DNA of 64,000 bases, from positions 30,209 to 94,208 of the IMG/VR virus record IMGVR_UViG_3300042270_000651; one strand, 5' to 3'. Position 1 is the stretch's first letter, and every line of letters starts with the position of its first letter. The notes beneath the pieces were generated by a model, which did not search any database, was not told the origin of the DNA, and saw only the letters and a list, made by a program, of their open reading frames with translations. This document shows, in pieces, positions 36,207-45,723 of this stretch. Made by a program: the position numbers and the translations under genes. The DNA is from a virus. Taxonomy: Duplodnaviria > Caudoviricetes.

Positions 36207-37966
36207 CACTCGGCCGCCTGCTGCAGGGCCTGGTACGTGTAGACGCTCAGTTCGGCTAGACCCTCGGGGTCGTAGCCGTCGTCCAGGAACATCTCGACGG
36301 CCATCGCCTGGCGGTACCGCTCCCGCTCATCCTTCGACAGGCTCAGCACCTCCTGGGAGACGGCCACCATGCGCTCCGGGTCACGGGTCCGCATGGCGAT
36401 CATGGCCTCCTTGGCCAGGGCGTGCAGCCCCTCGGACTTGGTGACGGGTTTGGGGGCACCCATGGAGCCGCTATAGCCGCCGTTGGGGCCGCTGAAGCCG
36501 CCATCCAGGGGTGAGGGGGTGGGCGCCAGAGCATCTTCCCGCTTCCGGGACGCCATATCGTCGTCGACCTTCAACTCCAGGTTCGTCGCCTCGTTGATCG
36601 CCCCGATCAGGTCCTCGTGGTTGACCACGCCCACCTGGGTCGCGGCCTGGATGCCATGCATCTTGAGGGTGGCGTCGTGAACCTGCAGCGGCAGCGAGCG
36701 CATCCGGTAATCCGGGTAGCCCATCTCGGGCAGCAGGCGCGTCGAGATGATCTCGTCGAACTCGTCACGCTCGGGCTTGAAGACCTGGGCCTCGGCCACC
36801 GTGTAGCTGGCAAAGGCCGTGGCGAAGCTGTAGTCGGCGGCCTGGCCCACGAACATCGGCGGCAGCCGGAAGGCGCGGCGGACGCGCCTCTCGCACTTCT
36901 CGTCGTAGTTCTCGAACATGGAGTCGGACTGGCGCTCCGACCCGAACCGCTCGACCGAGACCCGCACGTTGCCGCCGGCATCGAGGCTGCCGCTGGTGGA
37001 GATCGCCTCCAACACGGCGCCGCGCATCTTGGTCTTGGCCTTACCGTTCAGGATTTTCTCCAGAGCCTTGCGGGCGTCCTCGGCGAGCGTACCGCCCTGC
37101 AGAAGCACCATGAGCGGCGGCAGGCCCCCGTTCTCGAAGAACTCCAGGTTCAACTCCTCGGCCTCGCGGGAGCCAAGCACCGACGGCAGCTGGGGCACCC
37201 AGCGCGGCACATGGTAGGGCGTGTGCGCGTCGGGGATCGCGCCGAAGACCATCAACTCCGACCCACGCTGGTGATACGGCAGGCGTTGCCCGCTCTGAGC
37301 CCACTCTCCGGTTTTCTTGTCGACGTCTCGGGACGCCCCCAGCTCCTTGAAGTACACCACGGTCTCGGTGTCGATCACCTGGGCGAAGCGGCGCTCGCGC
37401 ACCATCATGTCGACGGAGACTTCCTTGCCGCCACGCCGGATCGCCTTCTTCACCCGCACGGGTGCGTCCAGGGCCACGAGGCGCACCGTCTTGGCGTCGA
37501 CGTGGCGCAGGAAGACGATCTCGTCCTTGGGGTTGCGGATCACCTCCGCGACGCCGTAGCCAATCGCCTCCTGGTCGCGTCGAATGTTCTTGCGCTGGGT
37601 CGTGAAGCTCACGCCGGGGTACGGCTGCTCGAAGAACTCCTCCAGGGCCGTGATCCGGGCGTCGTCATCGGCGTCTTCCGTGGACCCGTCCTTTCTCTCG
37701 AAGACGTAGCCGGTGCCGTCGATGTTCGTGACCATCGCCTCGATACACGGACCCAGGGCATTGTTCTCCTGGGTCTTACGGTGCAGCACCGCCACGTTGT
37801 AGGGTGGCTGCAGGATATGGGCGGTGTCGCCCTTGGCGCTCCGATAGAACTTGCTGAATGCGTCTTCCGGCACGAAGGCGTTGCCGTGGACTGCACCCAG
37901 GGCATCGCCTTCTGCCTTATCGAACACCGTAACGGTGTGCGTCGCCTGCGACTGCTCGTCTGCCAC
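36206..37966 (-). CDS. Portal protein
   Basis: GYGVAEVIRN, FFENGGLP, AFRLPP; first gene of the head module. Confidence 0.85.
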   Translation of the reverse strand: MADEQSQATHTVTVFDKAEGDALGAVHGNAFVPEDAFSKFYRSAKGDTAHILQPPYNVAVLHRKTQENNALGPCIEAMVTNIDGTGYVFERKDGSTEDADDDARITALEEFFEQPYPGVSFTTQRKNIRRDQEAIGYGVAEVIRNPKDEIVFLRHVDAKTVRLVALDAPVRVKKAIRRGGKEVSVDMMVRERRFAQVIDTETVVYFKELGASRDVDKKTGEWAQSGQRLPYHQRGSELMVFGAIPDAHTPYHVPRWVPQLPSVLGSREAEELNLEFFENGGLPPLMVLLQGGTLAEDARKALEKILNGKAKTKMRGAVLEAISTSGSLDAGGNVRVSVERFGSERQSDSMFENYDEKCERRVRRAFRLPPMFVGQAADYSFATAFASYTVAEAQVFKPERDEFDEIISTRLLPEMGYPDYRMRSLPLQVHDATLKMHGIQAATQVGVVNHEDLIGAINEATNLELKVDDDMASRKREDALAPTPSPLDGGFSGPNGGYSGSMGAPKPVTKSEGLHALAKEAMIAMRTRDPERMVAVSQEVLSLSKDERERYRQAMAVEMFLDDGYDPEGLAELSVYTYQALQQAAE

Positions 37967-38018
37967 GGCTCGTACCTCCTTGTCTCTCCAGATGGCAGGA
38001 ACCGTAGCAGCGTGGGGG

Positions 38019-41000
38019 TCATGCAGCGACTTTGTCGAACTCCAGCTCTTTCAGTTGGGCCAAGTTCGGACCCATTTCGCCGTCGGCCGGGAAAAGCAGT
38101 TGCGGTTTCCAGCCGAACAGGTCGGTCAGCGGCAGGTTGGACATGATGTTCACCACCTGCTCGACCCACCACGCGGCGTTCTCCTCCGGCACGTAGCCGA
38201 ACACGCTGTCGTGGATCATACCCACCATTTCGACCTCGCCGCCGGGGAAGGCGTCTTCCACCATGGCGATGGCCAGCAGCATCATGTCGGACAGCGTGGA
38301 CTGGATCGGGCTGTTGATGGCCTGACGCTCGGCCCCGGACCGGGTGAAGCCGTCGCGCGAGTAGATGTGCGGCAGGTGCCGGACCCGGCCCAGGGGCGAG
38401 CGGACGTGACCATACTGCTTGGCGAACCCCTTGATGCGGTCGTGGTACTTGGGCAGCCCAGGCCAGCTGTCGTACAGGAAGGCTTCGCGCAGCTGGGTCG
38501 CCTCTTCGACGGTCAGCTTCACGCCGTAGTTGGCCCAGGCGTAGGCGACGAAGCCCTCGGGGCTCATGCCGTATAGCAGGCCGAAGTTGCCCGCCTTCCC
38601 GTTGGTCCGCAGCTTGTTGAACAGGGCCGGGTCCGCCGTCTTCAAGGCCATGAAGTCGTCCAGGCTCATGCCGGCCATGGACGAGGCGGTGATCGAGTGC
38701 AGGTCGAAGCCCTCCCGGTAGGCCGCGATCATCTTGCTCTCGGGCGCCACGCAGGCGACCACGCGCAACTCACCCTGCGAGAAGTCACAGTTATGCGAGG
38801 CGATACCTTCCGCCACGAAGGTGCGCGTCGACGTCTGGATGCTGATGACATCACCATCCTCAACCTCTTCAACAGAGACCACCGTGGCCCGACACATCTG
38901 CTTTGCAGCGCCGTGCCTCGGCAAGGCGAACCCCTCCCATGTACGTTTGTCGATCAGGCGCTCCGGGCGGGTACGCTGTAGGCAATCGAACACCTGCCAT
39001 GTGCTCAGCATACGCAGCGTCTGCAACCCCGACCCATTTTTGCTCTCGCAGAACTCGTAGCCCATCTTGGCGAAGTTTGCCTTGGCCCGCTGATGCGTCG
39101 GGCCTTCTTTTTGGCCCACGCCAAGGGACCAGCCGTCGCCATGCCGGCCGCTCATCCAACCCTCGCCTTCGAGGTACCCGGCCAACCAGCCGGCCTCGTA
39201 TGTTTCTTCCGGTTGCACGACCCGCGACACTCGGCGTAGCTGATCCCCAGGCTTCAGGCGGTACGTCGAGCGCCACGTATTGATCGAGCCTCGGTACCCG
39301 AGCCACTTGTGGTTACTGCTGCAGACAATCTCGGTCCCGTCGTCTAGGGTGACCTTCATCCGGCGCACCACCTGGCGCACCACCTTCTCGACTACAGAGG
39401 TCTGCATCTTACGGTGCTTACCGTGGCCGTGCTCATCAAAGCCGAACAGCTCGTCACCCTCTTTGACGTCCTCTGCCCTCACCCACTTCAGGTCGGCCGT
39501 CCACAGGCGTGTGTCGGGGGCAACGCACTGGAACACCACCTTGCCCGGCGGCGCCTCGTAGCACTCGCGCAGGCGCTTGGCCCAGCGGGTCTTCTTGGGC
39601 AGGGTCTGGATCGCCGGGTCCTTGGCCGACAGGCGGCCGGTCACCGTGCCCGAGTCATCGTCGTTGCCCTGGTAGCCCCCGTGGAACAGCATGTAGCTCG
39701 GGTGGAACCGGCCGTCGGGCCGCAGGTGCTTGAGGAAGCCGGTGACGAAGGTCGACAGGGTCTTCTCGGCCGCGTTCAGCTCTTCGAGTACCCCGCACAT
39801 GGCCGCCGCGTCCTCGTTGTCGGCGAACATCTGCAGGTGCGCTTTGGTGGTCGAGGGCTCCCCGGTCTTCTCCGTCGTCATCTTGGGGGTTAGGTTCAGG
39901 CCGCGTGGTCCGAAGAAGAAGTCCTTCAGGATCGCGGGCGTGAGCGGGCTCTTGCCGGCTTCGATCTGGCTGCTGATCTTCTCGTCGTGCTTGATGCGCA
40001 GGCGCCGGGGCATCAGGGCCAGGGCGTCCTTCTGCAGGCGGGCAATTTCGATGCGCAGGTCCTCGCCCAGCGTCTCGTACTTGTGGGCGTTGACCACGAC
40101 ACCCCGGCTCTCCAGCTTCTCGAACGCCCGCGCCGCCGGGTGCAGCAGCTTGACATAGAAGTTGGCCAGCTCGGGATCGTTCAGGAGCTGCGTCTTGAGA
40201 ACCTCGGAGGTTCGGTGTGTGGCGTCCACGTCGCCGCCGATGTAGGGGAGGAGGTCATCCTTCGGGATGCGCTCCATGTGGCCCTTGTCGTGCTTGGAAT
40301 TGAAGCTGTCGTCGTACCCGCCCATGTCGGTGTACGTCTTGGCGTGGCCGTTCAGGCTGTTCGAGCGGTTCTCGTCCAGCAGGCTGCCCACCAGCAGCGT
40401 GTCGAACTTGAAGTTGCTGCAGGCGATCCCCCACTTCTGCTTGATCCAGACCAGGTCGAACTTGCCGTTGGCGAGCTTGAGCTTGACCTTTGGGCTGGTC
40501 AACAGCCACCTGATCTGGTCGTGCAGCGGCGTGCCAGTGACCGCATCCTCAAACAGGGTGATGCCCTTCTGCCGGACCGTGTACACCGCCTGGGCCTCGC
40601 CGCCCGCCATGGTGAAGCCGATGCAGACGATGTGCTTGTCGGCGTACCACGGGTAGAAGCCCATGGTCTCGGTGTCGGTCGACACGTCCACGGGCTTGCC
40701 GGTCTTGGCGTGCTTGGCCTCGATCTTGGCGATCAGGTCGGAGAAGTCATCCACCCACTCGTAAGTCCCGACCAAGGGCTCCAGCGACCCCGTGGTCTGG
40801 TAGCGGTTGGCGAGCCGGACGTCCCAATCCATCTCGGCCTTCTTGTCAGGCTCGCGGTCCACCAGGCCGGGGTCGAAGGACACCATGTAGGTGCCCTTGT
40901 CGAGGCTGGTCTGGAACGGCTGGCCGCGCAGCTTGTTGACGCCCCGGTTCTTGGGCAGCACGCCCGCCTTCTTCAGGGCGTCGACCGGCTTGGTGCCACA

Positions 41001-41153
41001 GGCGACCACGATCTCGCCGGGCTTGGCCTCGACGACCTCGCCCTCCTCGTACTCTACGAACCGGTGTGCCGGCACCGGCTTGAACGACCCCAGGGTTCGA
41101 CCAATGGTCTGCCGCACGTTGGCGACCTTGGCCGCCGTCCAGAACACGAGCAT
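38019..41153 (-). CDS. polA: Family A DNA polymerase with UDG-like N-domain, 3'-5' exonuclease and intein
   Basis: DTET, NGKFD, TVTGRLS, DFSQGELR, KAGNFGLLYG, AINSPIQS, IHDS. Confidence 0.95.
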   Translation of the reverse strand: MLVFWTAAKVANVRQTIGRTLGSFKPVPAHRFVEYEEGEVVEAKPGEIVVACGTKPVDALKKAGVLPKNRGVNKLRGQPFQTSLDKGTYMVSFDPGLVDREPDKKAEMDWDVRLANRYQTTGSLEPLVGTYEWVDDFSDLIAKIEAKHAKTGKPVDVSTDTETMGFYPWYADKHIVCIGFTMAGGEAQAVYTVRQKGITLFEDAVTGTPLHDQIRWLLTSPKVKLKLANGKFDLVWIKQKWGIACSNFKFDTLLVGSLLDENRSNSLNGHAKTYTDMGGYDDSFNSKHDKGHMERIPKDDLLPYIGGDVDATHRTSEVLKTQLLNDPELANFYVKLLHPAARAFEKLESRGVVVNAHKYETLGEDLRIEIARLQKDALALMPRRLRIKHDEKISSQIEAGKSPLTPAILKDFFFGPRGLNLTPKMTTEKTGEPSTTKAHLQMFADNEDAAAMCGVLEELNAAEKTLSTFVTGFLKHLRPDGRFHPSYMLFHGGYQGNDDDSGTVTGRLSAKDPAIQTLPKKTRWAKRLRECYEAPPGKVVFQCVAPDTRLWTADLKWVRAEDVKEGDELFGFDEHGHGKHRKMQTSVVEKVVRQVVRRMKVTLDDGTEIVCSSNHKWLGYRGSINTWRSTYRLKPGDQLRRVSRVVQPEETYEAGWLAGYLEGEGWMSGRHGDGWSLGVGQKEGPTHQRAKANFAKMGYEFCESKNGSGLQTLRMLSTWQVFDCLQRTRPERLIDKRTWEGFALPRHGAAKQMCRATVVSVEEVEDGDVISIQTSTRTFVAEGIASHNCDFSQGELRVVACVAPESKMIAAYREGFDLHSITASSMAGMSLDDFMALKTADPALFNKLRTNGKAGNFGLLYGMSPEGFVAYAWANYGVKLTVEEATQLREAFLYDSWPGLPKYHDRIKGFAKQYGHVRSPLGRVRHLPHIYSRDGFTRSGAERQAINSPIQSTLSDMMLLAIAMVEDAFPGGEVEMVGMIHDSVFGYVPEENAAWWVEQVVNIMSNLPLTDLFGWKPQLLFPADGEMGPNLAQLKELEFDKVAA
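38790..39527 (-). mobile_element. Intein (246 aa) in DNA polymerase motif A
   Basis: Q|CVAPDTRL...CSSNHKW...WLAGYLEGEG...FVAEGIASHN|CDFSQ. Confidence 0.92.
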
Positions 41154-41563
41154 CACGCCTCCTGCCACTTGGTTGCCGAACCGCCGATGGTGAACTCCTT
41201 GACGAAGCCGAGGGTCAGCCCCGCCACGGCGGCCGGAATGTCGTCGTCAATGTCCAGCGCGAGCCGGGGGTCGAAGTTCTCGCCGAAGCTGGCGAAGTCG
41301 ATCAGGTGCAGAGTGACCTGGTCGCCGACGGCCTTGTAGCGCGCCAGCAGGCCCAGGTCGCCGGGGCCCTCGCACAGGACCAGAGCCTCCTTGTCCGCCA
41401 CCTTCGAGCCGACCACCTTCAGCTCTGCAATCAATTTCAGGGGCCCGAGGTCGATGGTGCGCTTGCCGCTTCCGGTGATCGCGCCCCAGGTCTCGTCGTA
41501 CCGCAGCGGGAAGTTCAGCACGTCCGCCAGCGGGTACACGCACTTCATCCGACTTTTTCCCAT
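41153..41563 (-). CDS. Hypothetical protein
   Basis: MGKSRMK...; SD hairpin; TGATG-coupled to the polymerase. Confidence 0.65.
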   Translation of the reverse strand: MGKSRMKCVYPLADVLNFPLRYDETWGAITGSGKRTIDLGPLKLIAELKVVGSKVADKEALVLCEGPGDLGLLARYKAVGDQVTLHLIDFASFGENFDPRLALDIDDDIPAAVAGLTLGFVKEFTIGGSATKWQEA

Positions 41564-41766
41564 TCCAGCGCCTCCTTGCGCTCCACGCATTCCCAAACAC
41601 CGATGTTCACCCCGAAGTACGAGGCGTCGAACACCACCTTGCGCGCCACCGGGTCCGTCTCGACCACGGTCCAGACAACAGGCTCGTCCGTCAGCTTCTT
41701 GAACAGCTTGCCCATCTCGACCACGTCGCCCGGTTCCAGCGAGCGCATCTGATCAACCGTCAGCAT
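41545..41766 (-). CDS. Hypothetical protein
   Basis: MLTVDQMRSL... 73 aa. Confidence 0.6.
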   Translation of the reverse strand: MLTVDQMRSLEPGDVVEMGKLFKKLTDEPVVWTVVETDPVARKVVFDASYFGVNIGVWECVERKEALEWEKVG

Positions 41767-41767
41767 C

Positions 41768-42502
41768 TCACTTCCCCTTGTTGGCGATCTTGGACAGGTT
41801 GGGCAGCGGCGTGTCCATATCGACGCCCAGCCCCGTGACCACGGCCCCCAGAGCCTTCTTGGCCAGCACCGGGTCGTCAATGTCCAGGTGCATGGAGGCG
41901 TAGGGCTTGTTGCCGCCCAGGTTGATGTTCGTGAAGCCGCACTCCTTCAGGTTCTCGACGTATGTCTTGAACTCCTCGCCCTCGATGCGGAGCGACAGGC
42001 GGTTGGCCCGGTAGCGGGCGGCCACCTTGAGGTCGGCGCGCGAGGCCACCAGGAAGTAGCGGCTGCCCTCCGACGTGCCGCGCACCGGCTGGTAGAGCTG
42101 CGTCGCGTCCCGCAGGGGCACCGGCTCCTCGGTCAGCATCTGGCCCTCCGGGAACACGCCCGATGCCTGGTGGTCCTGGGCGGCCGGCTTCGCCGGGATC
42201 GGCACGGCGCCGTTGGGGTCGAACTGGGGCAGGTCCAGGGACTCTTTCTGGCCCGCGTTCCACAGTGCCTTCTCGATGGTCTTTACCAGGGTGCCGTAGG
42301 TCTGCGCGTCGAGCTTCTTGGCAGCCACCACGTCGGCCTTGGGGATCGGGATGGAGCCGACCACCTCGCCGTCCTTGGAGAACCGCAGCTTGCTCGGGGT
42401 CACCACGACGGACACGCCCTTGGCGGCCAGTTGCTCCAGCGCCGTACTCAGGCCGTTGGCCTGGAAGAACTTCTTTGGACTCACTTTGAAACTCACGGCC
42501 AT
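41768..42502 (-). CDS. Hypothetical protein
   Basis: 244 aa; SD hairpin; promoter TTGCAG-N17-CAGAAT at 42541-42569. Confidence 0.75.
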   Translation of the reverse strand: MAVSFKVSPKKFFQANGLSTALEQLAAKGVSVVVTPSKLRFSKDGEVVGSIPIPKADVVAAKKLDAQTYGTLVKTIEKALWNAGQKESLDLPQFDPNGAVPIPAKPAAQDHQASGVFPEGQMLTEEPVPLRDATQLYQPVRGTSEGSRYFLVASRADLKVAARYRANRLSLRIEGEEFKTYVENLKECGFTNINLGGNKPYASMHLDIDDPVLAKKALGAVVTGLGVDMDTPLPNLSKIANKGK

Positions 42503-42579
42503 ATCGCCCTCCTTGGCTGTTGGTATTTGGCCCTGACGTCATTCTGGCAAGTGGCTGCCGGGCCTGCAAAGAATAGGCG

Positions 42580-43350
42580 TCACCAGATGTTCCGGGACGA
42601 CTTGACGGGGGTGGCCTTCTGCCCGCGCTCGCCGGGCGCCTTTCTCGGTACCGCACCACGGGGCATCGTGTCACGGCCCGACGTGTACAGCCGGTCGTAG
42701 TCGGAGCCACCCACGGTGCCCTTGGCCTCCCGGAAGCGCGAAGTTCCGAACATGGCGTCGTCCGACCAGTTGTCGAAGCTGCTCGACCCCTTACGGGTGA
42801 CGGGGGTGCCGCCCGTGATGAAACCGCCGCCGGCCTTGCTGGCCTTGATCTTCTTGATGCCGAAGTGCTTGTGCAGCCAGTCCACCTGCTTCTGGCTCTC
42901 GACCGCCTTCTCGCAGTAGTGCTTGCGCACGTAGGCCGTGGCGTCCTCGTTGCCGGTCATGGTCTTGACCAGGGCCGACAGCACCATGCCGGTGCGGCCG
43001 TGCCCGCCGATGCAGCCGACGTGCACCTTCCTGCCCTCGGCCAGCTGCGTGGACAGCCAGCCGATCAGGGCCTTGAAGTCCTCGACGTTGGACGGCACCC
43101 CCATGTCGGGGATCACGAACTTGACCTCCGTCCCCTCCCGCCAGGGGTAGTGGCGCTTGGTCATCTTCATGCCGTGGTCCAGGCCCACGTAGACGTCCGC
43201 GTCCAGCACGGCCGGCTCCAGGCAGGAGCCGCCATAGATCACATGCTCGCCGACTGTCAGGGCCGGGTGGTCGTGGAAGCAGCGGCGCCAGCCGCCCTTG
43301 GTCGTCGTACCCATGGCCTCCTTGCCTTTCATTGCAATCACTTCGCCCAC
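42580..43350 (-). CDS. Cys-dependent (CX5R) dual-specificity/PTP-like phosphatase
   Basis: IPDMGVP acid loop; VHVGCIGGHGRTG; AVESQKQ. Confidence 0.85.
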   Translation of the reverse strand: MGEVIAMKGKEAMGTTTKGGWRRCFHDHPALTVGEHVIYGGSCLEPAVLDADVYVGLDHGMKMTKRHYPWREGTEVKFVIPDMGVPSNVEDFKALIGWLSTQLAEGRKVHVGCIGGHGRTGMVLSALVKTMTGNEDATAYVRKHYCEKAVESQKQVDWLHKHFGIKKIKASKAGGGFITGGTPVTRKGSSSFDNWSDDAMFGTSRFREAKGTVGGSDYDRLYTSGRDTMPRGAVPRKAPGERGQKATPVKSSRNIW

Positions 43351-43369
43351 TGGATCATCCCTCCTTGGA

Positions 43370-44437
43370 TCAGGCGGCGCGAGCCACCTTCTTGATTTTC
43401 ACGCCCGGCATCACCTCGAAATACTGGGCCTTCACGGCCTCGGCCTGGGCCTTCTTGGCCGCGTCCTGCTGGGCCTTCAGCTCGGCGATGTGCGCGGGCT
43501 CGCCGTGCAGCTGAGCCTGCTGCTTCTTATCGGTCGGGTAGCTCTGCTGGGCCCCCAGGGCCTCGACGGCGTACCAGTCGACGTAGTCGCCGCAGCCCCA
43601 CAGAGCCTTGATCTTCTGGGCCACCCCGACCAGTTCGTGACTCCGCCAGTGCGCCAGGCTCGGGTCGTGCAGCACACCCTCCGGGACCTGCCCGGCGCGC
43701 TGCAGGTCGAGGATGCGCAACAGTATCTTACCGCCCGTCGAATAGTGGCCGAACAACATGCCCTTATTGAAGATCGGCCCGTTGTTGTGGCAGAGCGTCC
43801 AGATCGTATCCATCATCATTTCGGCGCTGTACTCGCCGTTGACGAAGTGCACGAGCGGGTCGTTGACCTGACCCCACGCCTTGCCGCCGTAGCCGCCGTT
43901 GTAGCTGCCGTTGTAGAACTGCCAGCGCAGCGCCTCGACCACCGGCCCGATGGCGACGCCCGGCGCATCGGCGTTGATGTGCTTCAGGTAGCTGTTCGCC
44001 ACGTCGGCGCTGTTGTCGCTCAACGTGCCCACCAGCTTCGCCGCCGGGCCGCCGAACTTGGCCTTCATCTCCTGGCGGTAGACCTCCTTGTTCTTGAGGT
44101 GGCGGCTCTCGCGCTGGCAGATCAGGAGCAGGTAGTAGAAGCCGCGCACCGCGCTTACCGAAGCCCGCCGGAAGTACAGGTCGACCAGCTGGTTCTCCGC
44201 CTCCGGCAGTGGCTCGTAGGGCGCCCGCGTCTGCTGAACCTTGGCGTAGGCGTGGTTGAGCAGATACATCTCCATGGCGACCCTCTCGGGGGCGACGCTG
44301 GCATCCGGGTCCTTGGCCATGAAGTCGCGGATCGCGGTGACCACGGCGGCCAGCTTGGCGTTGCGCATGTCCCTCTTGTGTAGGAACGGCCGGGACCGGT
44401 GGTACGCCAGCGTGTTCTTGGGGGCTGACAGACCCAT
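43370..44437 (-). CDS. Uncharacterised protein of the PPDK/phosphatase block
   Basis: 355 aa; GYGGKAWG and DTIWTLCHNNGPIFNKG look like conserved enzyme motifs. Confidence 0.75.
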   Translation of the reverse strand: MGLSAPKNTLAYHRSRPFLHKRDMRNAKLAAVVTAIRDFMAKDPDASVAPERVAMEMYLLNHAYAKVQQTRAPYEPLPEAENQLVDLYFRRASVSAVRGFYYLLLICQRESRHLKNKEVYRQEMKAKFGGPAAKLVGTLSDNSADVANSYLKHINADAPGVAIGPVVEALRWQFYNGSYNGGYGGKAWGQVNDPLVHFVNGEYSAEMMMDTIWTLCHNNGPIFNKGMLFGHYSTGGKILLRILDLQRAGQVPEGVLHDPSLAHWRSHELVGVAQKIKALWGCGDYVDWYAVEALGAQQSYPTDKKQQAQLHGEPAHIAELKAQQDAAKKAQAEAVKAQYFEVMPGVKIKKVARAA

Positions 44438-44545
44438 GATGCCCTCCTTGGCAGTTGATGGTTTGTCGTATCGTCAGTCTAGCAAGGGGTCCGCCCAGCC
44501 CAAAGCATAAGGCGACCCCCGGATCGTTCAGGCGTGCAATTGATT

Positions 44546-45049
44546 TCAGAGCAGGCCAAACAGGTTGCGCCAGAACAGGCCGACCTTGAACCAGAACAGG
44601 TCCCCGGCCCGGAAATCCTCGACGAAGGCTTCTTGCTCGCGGGTCTCCACGGCGCGCGGCGTGTAGGTCGCCCGCACGAACTGCACCGGATCGCCCTCTC
44701 CGCACGCCTTGGCGAGGCAGGCCAGGAACAGGCCGGTACGACCCCAGCCGCCCATGCAACCGACGTAGATGCGCCCATGCTTCATCAGGGCTTCCATCGC
44801 CTTCTTCACAGCCTCGTGGCAGGCCCGGTCGTCGGGGATCGAGAAATCGCGGATCGGCAGGTCGACGTCGCACTTCGCCCGAATTTCCTGGGCCAGCTTG
44901 ACGCCGAACAGCTCCTCGGGGCGCTTGCGGTAGGGGCCGCCCACCACGTAGACGTCCTTGCCCATCAGCTTCAAGGGCATCACGCCGTTGGCGCCGGGAG
45001 CGTTGGCCATCAGGCCGTCGACAATCTCGATCTGAGCAATCGCATGCAT
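44546..45049 (-). CDS. Second CX5R dual-specificity-like phosphatase
   Basis: IRDFSIP; IYVGCMGGWGRTG; AVETREQ. Confidence 0.85.
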   Translation of the reverse strand: MHAIAQIEIVDGLMANAPGANGVMPLKLMGKDVYVVGGPYRKRPEELFGVKLAQEIRAKCDVDLPIRDFSIPDDRACHEAVKKAMEALMKHGRIYVGCMGGWGRTGLFLACLAKACGEGDPVQFVRATYTPRAVETREQEAFVEDFRAGDLFWFKVGLFWRNLFGLL

Positions 45050-45086
45050 CTGTGCATACCCTCCTTGGTCATGCACGCGGCTCGGC

Positions 45087-45395
45087 CTATCCGAACCCGT
45101 GCTTCTTGAGAACCTTCAGCGTCTTCAGGCGCCGCTCCCGCCGCTCGGCGATGCTGGCGTCCTGTATCTTGTGCAATTCGGGGTCGAACCTCCGCACGTC
45201 CGTGACCACACCGTTCTCGATCTTCAGCACAAAGCTCTCGAACCGGCGGTTCACACGGCCCTTGCCTTCGGGATCGGTGAACGGAGCGGAGAACCGCGCC
45301 ATCTTTTTCAGGCGGTTCTCCAGGTTGCCGAACAGGCCCGCGCGGCGGGCCTGCCGTAAGGCGTCTTCGGACACCTCGAACTGCTTGTAAGCCAT
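45087..45395 (-). CDS. Hypothetical basic protein
   Basis: 102 aa, coupled to the CsrA-like gene. Confidence 0.7.
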   Translation of the reverse strand: MAYKQFEVSEDALRQARRAGLFGNLENRLKKMARFSAPFTDPEGKGRVNRRFESFVLKIENGVVTDVRRFDPELHKIQDASIAERRERRLKTLKVLKKHGFG

Positions 45396-45703
45396 CAGCG
45401 TCGGCCTCCCCGATAACGAGGCGCCTGCTGCTTCTGCTGGCGGTACTTATCGCCGCGCAGGATCAGCTTCTCCGGCGGCGCCTCGATGGACACTCGCGCC
45501 AGGACCGCCATGGGCTTGTCACCTGCAGAGACAAACACCTCGTCGGCGATCTCGGCGGCCCGCGCGTCGGTGATTTTGAACACCCGTGCGTCCGACGCAC
45601 GGGTCAGCGTGAAGTTCGTCTCGTCGATCACGCTATCGACCACGAACCGTTCCGGCCCCACGTAGAAATCCTGGCCTTCCTTGAGACTGAGCACCAAAGC
45701 CAT
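45395..45703 (-). CDS. CsrA/RsmA-like RNA-binding protein with an internal insertion
   Basis: MALVLSLKEGQDFYVG resembles CsrA MLILTRRVGETLMIG; ARVSIEAPPEKLILRGDKY resembles VRIGVNAPKEVSVHREEIY (R44 equivalent kept). Confidence 0.65.
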   Translation of the reverse strand: MALVLSLKEGQDFYVGPERFVVDSVIDETNFTLTRASDARVFKITDARAAEIADEVFVSAGDKPMAVLARVSIEAPPEKLILRGDKYRQQKQQAPRYRGGRR

Positions 45704-45723
45704 GTCCAGAGTCCTCCTTGTCG

